Assembly: GCA_032718475.1 (NCBI GenBank)
Contig: JAUCBJ010006691.1
Location: forward strand, 62,001 to 126,000
DNA: 64,000 nt
Direction: 5' to 3'
Origin: Nemertoderma westbladi
Taxonomy: Eukaryota; Animalia; Xenacoelomorpha
Shown one piece after another: positions 37,059 through 47,433 of the stretch. A program made the translations under genes and the position numbers. Position 1 is the stretch's first letter; every line of letters begins with the position of its first letter. Below the pieces are notes generated by a model. The model was not told where the DNA came from, made no database searches, and saw only the letters and a program-made list of their open reading frames with translations.

Positions 37059-37574
37059 ATGAGTGCTGGCAGCAGTAGCAGTACTGATACACCGTGGCCG
37101 GAAAGTATCCCAAAAAACGCACTGAAAAAAGGCGAGATTAAGGAATATCGAGACGAATCTCTTAGTACAGATTCCGATTCGGACAACCGAAAGGATGGAA
37201 GAAGAACCCACCGAAACAGAAAACATTTCGCTCATAAAATAGCGCTAAGGAAAGGCGAAATCGAAGACGAATCACCAGCAGGCGAGGCGTCAGCTACGTC
37301 ATCGGAGAATGAGACGCCAACTCTATTCAAAATCGATAAGAACAGATTCGTTTCGGTCCGTGAAAATATCAACGAAGATATATCCATCGATATCTCGGAA
37401 TATCGCGTACGGAACGGGAAGCCATGGGGGAAGATTTCAAGAAAGATGAGGGGCATAGAGTTGACGTTAGGTCAATGGGAACGTCTTAAAACCAACATTA
37501 AAAATATCGATAGGGAAATACGAAAAATACGGTACGTGTGCGAAATGGGACCCGTCCATAATGGGAAAAATTAA
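37059..37574 (+). CDS. Divergent PC4/SUB1-like protein, intronless, 171 aa
   Basis: Ser/acidic and basic N-terminus, then LFKIDKNRFVSVRE...IDISEY...RGIELTLGQWERLKTNIKNID, aligning to PC4 MFQIGKMRYVSVRD...IDIREY...[21 protein letters not shown]. Confidence 0.75.
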   Translation: MSAGSSSSTDTPWPESIPKNALKKGEIKEYRDESLSTDSDSDNRKDGRRTHRNRKHFAHKIALRKGEIEDESPAGEASATSSENETPTLFKIDKNRFVSVRENINEDISIDISEYRVRNGKPWGKISRKMRGIELTLGQWERLKTNIKNIDREIRKIRYVCEMGPVHNGKN

Positions 37575-39325
37575 GAATTCCGCACGTGACTACATTCTTT
37601 CTAAGAGTTCCACCCCTAAATACATATTGTTCATTACATTTTGGGAGCACTTTCGTTATTTATCCCAGCCATAATTTCAATAATTATCCGCCCAAATGCC
37701 CAAATTTCCATGTAATTTATACAACGGGCACTTATCTATGCCCAAATAAAAAAAATTGATAAATTATATTAGTGATTATAATCGGTTTTTATCATCATGT
37801 TTTTTGTTCTAGAACAAATATTTTACCCTCTGACAGTAAAATGGTAGCCAGTAATTTTGATTTTGTGTTAGCTAGTACTTTGTATTACTGAGTGAAAAAA
37901 ATCATAATTATAAAATTAAAAAAAAATACCAACTTTTTCTTCTGAAAATGTCTTTTATTATGACGTTTTTTGTTCTGGAACAAATATTTGGCCACCTGAC
38001 AAAAAGATGATAACTAGAAATTTTGATTTTGTGTTAGCTAGTAATTTTGATTAGCTAGTAAAAAAATTAAAATTGTAATTTAATCCTCAAATATATATTA
38101 GCCAATATCGACAATTAGGGGTTTATTATAATGTCGTAATTCGTTACCCGCCAATAATTGTTAAAATAATGTCATTGATTGTTTTTCGATTTTTACAGTA
38201 CCAGGAGTAAAAAAAATATTAAGAAATAAATAAATCTTAAATTACCTCATGGCTACAGTTCGTGGCTACATTTTTATGATAGTTATTGTAAAAATAACAT
38301 TATAAAAATACAAACAAAGTAAAAGCAAATCCTTATTTTTTATCCAGAGGTGGAAACTCTTCACGAAATGAACGACTTTAGAGGGCGATATTTTTATTAA
38401 TTAATAACTTCATAATTAGTTCACAATTAATTCATTAATAACTAAGAAAAAACTAATATTTATTTTTACTTCAAAAATTTCTGGATTTCTATTAGTTTAT
38501 TTTTTTAACTTCTTAGATGCTAAAAAAATATGGGAAATATGAGCGACTAAAAAATTAAATAAAAAACTTTCTCTAACCAAAAAAGTCGTCAACATTCTAG
38601 AATGATTATACACTCACATAAAGTGTCACTAAAATATAAAACATCCAGAAATTCTGGCGGTCGCGGTGCCCATATCGCATCTACGTAGAAACAAGTAGTT
38701 GGAGAGAAGCTGCAGTTCTACAAAGCGACAGAAGAAGTGTGTGCGGGAGAATCAACAACGGCTATTTGGGTATAATATGTAACGTCTTCGGTTCCATTTC
38801 CACGATAAACAACCAAGTTTTATCAGAAAAATACAATAATTTACTATTTTAAACAATTTATTTATTATTATCTTTGATAAAATATCATGAAATGTAATAT
38901 TTAAGGTTTATATTATAAAGAATAACAACATAGTAAATACAACATGGATATTAAACAGAAACATAAAACTAACTCGATATATGAAATATAACTTTATTAC
39001 TTCGTCGATATATAAATTGCACATCGCCAGAAAGTCATTGCGTTAAATATTATTGCATAGAATTTAAGTTCTCATTGTATAATAAAAGGTAGAACTTATT
39101 ATCCGCACTCAGTCAAGGCGACGAATATACTGATAGTTACGGTAGTTGAATTATTTAAACCTCATCTACTTATAGTACAGCGGATACACGCTAGAGTTTA
39201 CGGAGGTTGGAACAGAAATCAAACGGCCGGGGGATCAAACCTTCAACAGCTGTTCGGATTATTACTAACTTAAAGAAAATGATGAGTAAAGTTGATAAAA
39301 CTTGCAGTCTGTTGTCTTATAGATA

Positions 39326-40760
39326 CTAAACGAAAGTAATCTCAGTTTTACTTTGGTTCACTTGTATAATATTGTACCTCAGGTAGTCCTGGAGAGTTTC
39401 CTCGTACTGATCCGGGGTGTAGCCCTTCGCGAGACAACGTCGCAAGGCGTCGTCGTAACTAACGACCTGCGACCCCGTTGTGGCGACGGCGCTGAACCCC
39501 GGCAACATATCCCGAACCACTGCGAACACTCCGTCCTTGAACCCTCTCGGGGCGGCCTCGTTAACCCCACCGGATAGGGAATCTTTACTCGACTCCATCA
39601 AACGAATCGCCTCTCCTACGTCTTCCCTCTCGACGCGATCGGCTAATCGCAGCCTCGCTAACGCGGTAGCCAATCGTAGTATCGAAAGCAGCGTACGCGC
39701 GCTGGTAAACGCGCTATCACGCGCGTTATTCCGCGCTTCTTTACGCATCTCAACGTACGAGGACGTTATGTAGCCGGTCAACTCCTCCGGTACTATCGGG
39801 TTCTTCCTGCGACACAACGCGATGTAACGCCGCATCAGCCTCATATCCAACGGGGTGAATCTCAGCGGGGGCTGCCGCTCGTAGCGGTGGACGTACGCGA
39901 TGTGCTGAGCCAGGAGGTTGTCGTTGTCGCGGTTGGGGCGATCTTGGATCAACCAAAGGATATCGAATCGAGACAACAACGCCGCGGGGAGGTCGATATT
40001 CTGCTCGATACTTCGTTTCGGGTTGTACCTCCCGTAAGCGGGGTTCGCAGCCGCGAGGATCGCCACACGAGCGTTCAACGACGTCATAATGCCGGCCTTC
40101 GCTATGGAGATAGTCTGCTGCTCCATAACCTCGTGGATACACACGCGATCAGCTTCCATCATCTTATCGAACTCGTCGATACAACAAACCCCTCCGTCCG
40201 CGAGAACTAAAGCCCCGCCTTCCAGTACCATCTCGCCGGTTAGCGGGTCCTTCATTACGGCGGCGGTTAGACCGACCCCAGAGCTGCCGCGACCCGTGGT
40301 ATACTGACTGCGCGGCGCTAAACGGTCTATAAACCCGAGGAGTTGACTCTTAGCAACCCCGGGGTCACCCATCAAACAGATGTTGATAGACCCACGAATC
40401 TTCATACCTTTAGGATTCCTGTCGACTCCACCAACTAGGAGTAACAACAACGCCTTCTTTATATCCTCGTGTCCGTAAATCTCTGGGGCTATCGATATCG
40501 CGAGTTTATCGTAGAAGTCTTCCTCGTTGACGGCCGCCTCCAACTCTTCCTCAGTGAGATCCCCCACCTCGGCTTCTTCGTCTTCCGTTTTGTTGATCCG
40601 GACGATCCGATGGCAGTCCAGGAAGGTTTCTGAGAGCAGCCCGGATTGCATCGCGCGGAAGCCCTCCTTGACGGAGGGCATAAAGACCCCGGTTACCAGG
40701 ACGTGGTTGCCTGGTTCCGCGCACCGTGTGTTCTCCCCCCGTGCGTGGATTGTAAGCAAC
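39326..40760 (-). CDS. MCM7: DNA replication licensing factor MCM7, exon 3 (AAA+ and C-terminal domains)
   Basis: CCTTATAG acceptor, phase 2; [21 protein letters not shown], Walker [10 protein letters not shown], Walker B IDEFDKM, arginine finger [16 protein letters not shown]. Confidence 0.97.
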
Positions 40761-40769
40761 CTATAAGGC

Positions 40770-41325
40770 AAAAAGTAAAGTAACAAGGAAATAAAGTAGA
40801 GTAACAAGGAAGTAAAGTAGAGTAAGAAGGCAATAAAGTAGAGTAATGAAGCAATAAAGTAGAGTAACAAGAAAACCAGTTAAATAACTGGGAGCAAATC
40901 TTGGGATAGGAGTAGCGCCCACCCCTACCCTCGGGTAGCAGCTATCGAAAGAGGAGCCTTCGGGTAGCCTCCGGCTTCGGCCGACTGTTTGCTTGAACAA
41001 GGAAATAAAGTAGAGTAAGAAGGCAATAAAGTAGAGTAATGAAGCAATAAAGTAGAGTAAGAAGGCAATAAAGTAGAGTAATGAAGCAATAAAGTAGAGT
41101 AACAAGGAAATAAAGTAGAGTAAGAAGGCAATAAAGTAGAGTAATGAAGCAATAAAGTAGAGTAACAAGGAAATAAAGTAGAGTAAGAAGGCAATAAAGT
41201 AGAGTAATGAAGCAATAAAGTAGAGTAACAAGGAAATAAAGTAGAGTAAGAAGGCAATAAAGTAGAGTAATGAAGCAATAAAGTAGAGTAACAAGGAAAT
41301 AAAGTAGAGTAAGAAGGCAATAAGT
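40770..41325. repeat. 21-bp minisatellite with 63-bp higher-order unit running into the MCM7 exon-3 pyrimidine tract
   Basis: AATAAAGTAGAGTAA+(CAAGGA/GAAGGC/TGAAGC) in rotation; interrupted at about 40870-40995 by an interspersed-repeat fragment. Confidence 0.95.
40870..40995. mobile_element. Short interspersed-repeat fragment: un-amplified copy of the element at 42480-45530, in opposite orientation
   Basis: Reverse complement reads ...CCGGAGGCTACCCGAAGGCTCCTCTTTCGATAGCTGCTACCCGAGGGTAGGGGTGGGCGCTACTCCTATCCCAAGATTTGCTCCCAG...AACTGGT, colinear with both flanks of the 36/40-bp array but with only one unit. Confidence 0.85.
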
Positions 41326-41616
41326 AAAGGAAAAAATACGAGAATTGTTAACAGTAATTAAATGTATTTGTCGAAACAGAACATTGTTTTTCATATTTGG
41401 GCGATTTAAAATAATTCGAACGAAAGAAAGCTAAAGAAAGGGTAGTGAGTTCAATTATTAACAATTTAGATATAAAACAAATCCCCATATGTGGCAACAC
41501 TAAGAAACAATACAAGTTGAAAGTTAATTTAATTAAACTTATAATTTGCTCTCAAAAGACAAGCTTTGTATTATTTCTATGAACTGACTGCTCATCTATA
41601 GCTCGATGAAACCCAC

Positions 41617-41966
41617 CTAGGTATATTCCCTACAGGAACATTATCGGAATGTTCCTGAATCTTTAGTTCCTGAAACTTGACGAACTTTGAGCCGCGCGTC
41701 TGCAGATAGAGGCGGCCCCCCGACCGGTTACTCCGACACTGGGTCGACTTGCAGACGGCTTCCGGCATGAAGGTCATCCCGCCCCCCACCGGTTGGTAGG
41801 TCTCGCACCCGCACTGGTCGCACGTGTACGTGGCCACCTGTATCATCGGTTTCACCTCAGTGCATCGGGTCACTATACCCCGGATGGTAACCAGTCTACC
41901 GATATCCTTACTGCCGATATCCCGGATAACAGCGGGTTTATCCAAGGAACGGGCCTTTAAGTAAAC
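41617..41966 (-). CDS. MCM7: MCM7 exon 2 (OB fold / zinc finger)
   Basis: TTTCCCTAG acceptor and AG|GTGGGT donor, phases 0/2; VYLK...[18 protein letters not shown]...YTCDQCG.ETYQ...[28 protein letters not shown]. Confidence 0.97.
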
Positions 41967-42479
41967 CTAGGGAAATTAATCGAACCTATTAGAGTAAGAC
42001 TGAGTAGATATTAAATGAGAGTGAACTAGAAAATTCCTTCAGCTAATAGAGTACCTGTGTCCTGGGCACTTTGTCTGTTCATGGAATTTTTACTTTACAT
42101 ATTTAACCACAAGCGTTTCTGTTTAATAAAGTCCCCGTCGGTATTAGACTATTAACCCACTTACTTTTCTACGCTATACAGATGTTTCTTGCTATTTACA
42201 TAATTAGTGGGGCATTAGTTAATATAATAATGGCGCCTGTTATACAAGGAACGGTAACGGTATATAATGGGGCCAATTTACTGCACTAAGCTCGGCTACT
42301 ATAAATATAAAATACAGCGCAATTATGTGGCCAACCCCCGGGAAGGTGAGAAAAACTTTGTCGGTTATTTATATAATTAAAGCAAAAAATTACAAAATAA
42401 TGTTTTATATGTTTATTTGATATCAATGAAATCTGATCATTAGTTGATATCACAGCATGTGGTTTGATATCGATAAAGC

Positions 42480-45400
42480 TGCAAGCAGAAATCGGTCGAG
42501 GCCGGAGGCGCGGAGGCGACCCGAAGGCTCCTCCTTCGATAGCTGCTACCCGAAGGTAGGGGTGGGCGCTACTCCTATCTGTTACCCGAAGGAAGGTTGG
42601 TGTGGGCGCTACTCCTATCTGCTACCCGAAGGTAGGGGTGGGCGCTACTCCTATCTGTTACCCGAAGGAAGGTTGGTGTGGGCGCTACTCCTATCTGTTA
42701 CCCGAAGGTAGGGGTGGGCGCTACTCCTATCTGCTACCCGAAGGCAGGGGTGGGCGCTACTCCTATCTGTTACCCGAAGGAAGGTTGGTGTGGGCGCTAC
42801 TCCTATCTGTTACCCGAAGGAAGGTTGGGATGGGCGCTACTCCTATCTGTTACCCGAAGGAAGGTTGGGATGGGCGCTACTCCTATCTGTTACCCGAAGG
42901 TAGGGGTGGGCGCTACTCCTATCTGTTACCCGAAGGAAGGTTGGGATGGGCGCTACTCCTATCTGTTACCCGAAGGCAGGGGTGGGCGCTACTCCTATCT
43001 GTTACCCGAAGGAAGGTTGGGATGGGCGCTACTCCTATCTGTTACCCGAAGGAAGGTTGGTGTGGGCGCTACTCCTATCTGTTACCCGAAGGTAGGGGTG
43101 GGCGCTACTCCTATCTGCTACCCGAAGGCAGGGGTGGGCGCTACTCCTATCTGTTACCCGAAGGAAGGTTGGTGTGGGCGCTACTCCTATCTGTTACCCG
43201 AAGGAAGGTTGGGATGGGCGCTACTCCTATCTGTTACCCGAAGGAAGGTTGGGGTGGGCGCTACTCCTATCTGGTACCCAAAGGAAGGTTGGTGTGGGCG
43301 CTACTCCTATCTGTTACCCGAAGGTAGGGGTGGGCGCTACTCCTATCTGCTACCCGAAGGCAGGGGTGGGCGCTACTCCTATCTGTTACCCGAAGGAAGG
43401 TTGGTGTGGGCGCTACTCCTATCTGTTACCCGAAGGAAGGTTGGGATGGGCGCTACTCCTATCTGTTACCCGAAGGAAGGTTGGTGTGGGCGCTACTCCT
43501 ATCTGTTACCCGAAGGAAGGTTGGTGTGGGCGCTACTCCTATCTGTTACCCGAAGGTAGGGGTGGGCGCTACTCCTATCTGCTACCCGAAGGTAGGGGTG
43601 GGCGCTACTCCTATCTGCTACCCGAAGGCAGGGGTGGGCGCTACTCCTATCTGCTACCCGAGGGTAGGAGTGGGCGCTACTCCTATCTGCTCTGCTACCC
43701 GAAGGTAGGAGTGAGCGCTACTCCTATCTGCTCTGCTACCCGAAGGCAGGGGTGGGCGCTACTCCTATCTGCTACCCGAAGGCAGGGGTGGGCGCTACTC
43801 CTATCTGTTACCCGAAGGAAGGTTGGTGTGGGCGCTACTCCTATCTGTTACCCGAAGGAAGGTTGGGATGGGCGCTACTCCTATCTGTTACCCGAAGGAA
43901 GGTTGGTGTGGGCGCTACTCCTATCTGTTACCCGAAGGTAGGGGTGGGCGCTACTCCTATCTGCTACCCGAAGGTAGGGGTGGGCGCTACTCCTATCTGG
44001 TACCCGAATGTTGGTGTGGGCGCTACTCCTATCTGCTACCCGAAGGTAGGGGTGGGCGCTACTCCTATCTGCTACCCGAAGGCAGGGGTGGGCGCTACTC
44101 CTATCTGCTACCCGAGGGTAGGAGTGGGCGCTACTCCTATCTGCTCTGCTACCCGAAGGTAGGAGTGAGCGCTACTCCTATCTGCTCTGCTACCCGAAGG
44201 TAGGGGTGGTCGCTACTCCTATCTGCTACCCGAAGGTAGGGGTTGGCGCTACTCCTATCTGTTACCCGAAGGAAGGTTGGTGTGGGCGCTACTCCTATCT
44301 GCTACCCGAAGGTTGGTGTGGGCGCTACTCCTATCTGCTACCCGAAGGTAGGAGTGGGCGCTACTCCTATCTGCTACCCGAAGGTAGGGGTGGGCGCTAC
44401 TCCTATCTGCTACCCGAAGGTAGGAGTGGGCGCTACTCCTATCTGTTACCCAAGGTAGGGGTGGGCGCTACTCCTATATCTGCTACCCGAAGGTTGGGAT
44501 GGGCGCTACTCCTATATCTGCTACCCGAAGGTAGGGACGGGCGCTACTCCTATCTGCTACCCGAAGGTTGGTGTGGGCGCTACTCCTATCTGCTACCCGA
44601 GGGTAGGGGTGGGCGCTACTCCTATCTGCTACCCGAGGGTAGGAGTGGGCGCTACTCCTATCTGCTCTGCTACCCGAAGGTAGGGGTGAGCGCTACTCCT
44701 ATCTGCTCTGCTACCCGAAGGTAGGGGTGGTCGCTACTCCTATCTGCTACCCGAAGGTAGGGGTTGGCGCTACTCCTATCTGCTACCCGAAGGTAGGGGT
44801 GGGCGCTACTCCTATCTGCTACCCGAAGGTAGGGGTGGGCGCTACTCCTATCTGCTACCCGAAGGTAGGGGTGGGCGCTAATCCTATCTGCTACACGAGG
44901 GTAGGGGTGGGCGCTACTCCTATCTACTATTATACCCGAAGGTAGGGGTGGTCGCTACTCCTATCTGCTACCCGAAGGTAGGGGTGGGCGCTACTCATAT
45001 CTGCTACCCTTATGTAGGGGTGGTCGCTACTCCTATCTGCTACCCGAGGGTAGGTGTGGGCGCTACTCCTATCTGCTACCCGAGGGTAGGTGTGGGCGCT
45101 ACTCCTATCTGCTCTGCTACCCGAAGGTAGGGGTGGGCGCTACTCCTATCTGCTACCCGAAGGAAGGGGTGGTCGCTACTCCTTATCTGCTACCCGAAGG
45201 TAGGGGTTGGCGCTACTCCTATCTGCTACCCGAAGGTAGGGGTGGGCGCTACTCCTATCTGTTACCCGAAGGTAGGGGTGGGCGCTAATCCTATCTGCTA
45301 CACGAGGGTAGGGGTGGGCGCTACTCCTATCTACTAGCCGAAGGTAGGGGTGGGCGCTACTCCTATCTGCTACACGAGGGTAGGGGTCGGCGCTACTCCT

Positions 45401-45530
45401 ATCTGCTACCCGAGGGTAGGTGTGGGCGCTACTCCTATCTGCTACCCGAGGGTAGGAGTGGGCGCTACTCCTTTCCCTTGTTTTGCTCCCAGGAATTCAA
45501 CTGGTACTCATTTTATCGACCCCGGAAGTG
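42480..45530. repeat. 36/40-bp minisatellite (about 75-80 copies) amplified inside a SINE-like fragment in MCM7 intron 1
   Basis: Units CTGCTACCCGAAGGTAGGGGTGGGCGCTACTCCTAT (36) and CTGTTACCCGAAGGAAGGTTGGTGTGGGCGCTACTCCTAT (40); unique flanks match 40870-40995. Confidence 0.97.
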
Positions 45531-45855
45531 GCTACTGACCGGATCCAATCACCGGACCCTCTAAATACCGTATTCTGGTATTAAAGCTTTATATTTGATT
45601 TTGATTTATAATTTACCTGTGTACTATTAATTGGCCGTACCCTTTTTGTGACCGGACCCATATTCTTGTGACATGTGTTAACTTTCGTTTATTGTTTTGG
45701 TTCCCCCAATAAGCCTCTGTAACCTTCCCCTTCAAATGGCAAATGGGTCCGGTAAAAATGAAAATGGCAATGGGTTCGGTCAAAATGGTAATGGGTCCGG
45801 TTGGAGTGCATCTGTAGTGGGGGGGGGGGGGGGGGGGGGTGATGGGGTCACTCAC

Positions 45856-46266
45856 CTCGAACCGCTGCGTCAGCTCTGACGGATACTTGTTCCTCGCACT
45901 CGCGTCGCCAACCTCTGCGTGTCGTTGGTCCGACATCAACCGATGCTGGATGTAAACATCCAACGGGTCCCGATGCTCCGGCTCGTGGGTCTTATACTCC
46001 GGGAGCAGCGAATCGACGGCCTCCGCGAACAGCCGAGTGTAGCGAGTGGCGTTCCGTTCCACACGAGTAGCTAGTTCGGGCTCAGCGTCCGCCAGATGGT
46101 CCAGGTCTACCGTGATGGCGGTGTCCTCTCGGTGTGCCAGACGTGTCAGCGCCCGGCCGTAGATGAAGTCTTTTGGAGCGCCCCCACCCGATTCTACGTG
46201 GTATTCGCATAGGAACTTGCGACATAGTTGTCCGTCATCCTCGTAATTGGGTCGAGTGAATGCCAT
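45856..46266 (-). CDS. MCM7: MCM7 exon 1
   Basis: ATG at 46266; FIYG..LTRLAHRE...DLD, NATRYTRLFAEAVD.LLP, DPLDVYIQHRLM, YPSELTQRFE; donor GAG|GTGAGT, phase 0. Spliced product 731 aa. Confidence 0.96.
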
Positions 46267-46789
46267 TATTGTTACCGGAACTCAATAAATACTCGGTTTG
46301 CTACCGCGGCTGGGTACAGGGGTAGAGGCGATAAAATATACGTTTATAATTTAATGAATAATCTGACAGTAAGAACAGGCTGGCTGGCAGCGTGGCAGGC
46401 CTAATTAATTGCTAATACTGTACGATATTATACTGTACGATACTGTACTATATTATATATGATATATAAGACGATATTAGATTGTTAGAGGCCAAATGTA
46501 CAGGCGGAGATGACGAGAACAACGAGGCTTGTAAAGGAGACGAGTTATACAGTTATTTCACTAAACTCATCATAAACGAACAGATGTTTTATTTTGTTCA
46601 GTAGCTGTAGCGGTACGGGGATGTTTATATCGGCTATATAATTTGGCGACCTGTTACAGTGTTAGGCGGAGGCCCTATACTTCTATACAGCTATACCGTA
46701 CATGAGCGCAACAGGAACAAGGGAAAACTTACCCTGGTAAAAATGTACCCGGCCGAAAATGTACCTTGTAATATTGGGTACGTTTCCAC

Positions 46790-46875
46790 TAGGGATGTCC
46801 CGGAATCGATATTTTGATTCCGGCCGGAACCGGAATTCAACATGCCGGAATACCGGCCGGAACCGGAATTTTCTA
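46790..46875 (+). mobile_element. Probable isolated hAT-like left terminus
   Basis: TAGGGATGTCCCGG start followed by clustered CCGGAA/CCGGCC subterminal motifs; no matching CATCCCTA found. Confidence 0.4.
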
Positions 46876-47433
46876 TAATTAATGAAATACACTAAATGAC
46901 CCATGAAACTTTACAATTTTTTGTGAACCAAATTGATTTTTTCAATATCTACAGCTAAGTTTGCTAATGAGATGAATCAGAACCTTGGGAGAATTAAGGT
47001 GGGTGGACACACCCACCTTGCGTGGCGTACACGGCTAGCGCAACGAGGTTTGTCAGTTTGTAATAGGCGAGTGACAGTACGAGTATCGGTCAGCAGGTAC
47101 TGACTGAATCAAAACGATCAGTTATATGTGAAACACCGGGTGAAAGGCGACATCCTTTCTCTCTCTGCAGCTCTGTCTCTATCTCTCTCTCTCTATCAGT
47201 CTATTGGGATTGGCTGTTCACTGGTACATGTACGGCAGCAAAGGCTATGCTATACTGCTATACCCAGCTGCCATACCAGCCCAGCATGCCGGCTGACCGG
47301 TATGCTGAGGGCTGGCAAAGTAGGTTTTTGTAAACCTAGGTTTTTGGAAACCTAGGTTTTTGGAAACCTAGGTTTTTGTAGATTTTTGTCAAAAACCAAA
47401 AATTTGAAAAAAGCCTAAAACTAGGTTTTTAGG

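Noticed and set aside
37602-38362. Possible TIR pair AAGAGTTCCACC / GGTGGAAACTCTT around a ~175-bp degenerate duplication
   Set aside because: Short imperfect match and no convincing TSD.
40761-40870. Hydrophobic N-terminus on the 514-aa MCM7 ORF
   Set aside because: Intronic 21-bp repeat read in frame; the true exon starts at the acceptor at 40760.
42457-45538. Overlapping CYPKVGVGATPI-type ORFs
   Set aside because: Translations of the 36/40-bp array with constant frame switching, antisense within an MCM7 intron.
40761-45855. Intronic miRNA cluster as in vertebrate MCM7 (miR-106b~25)
   Set aside because: The corresponding 3' intron is absent here and no such hairpins were recognised.
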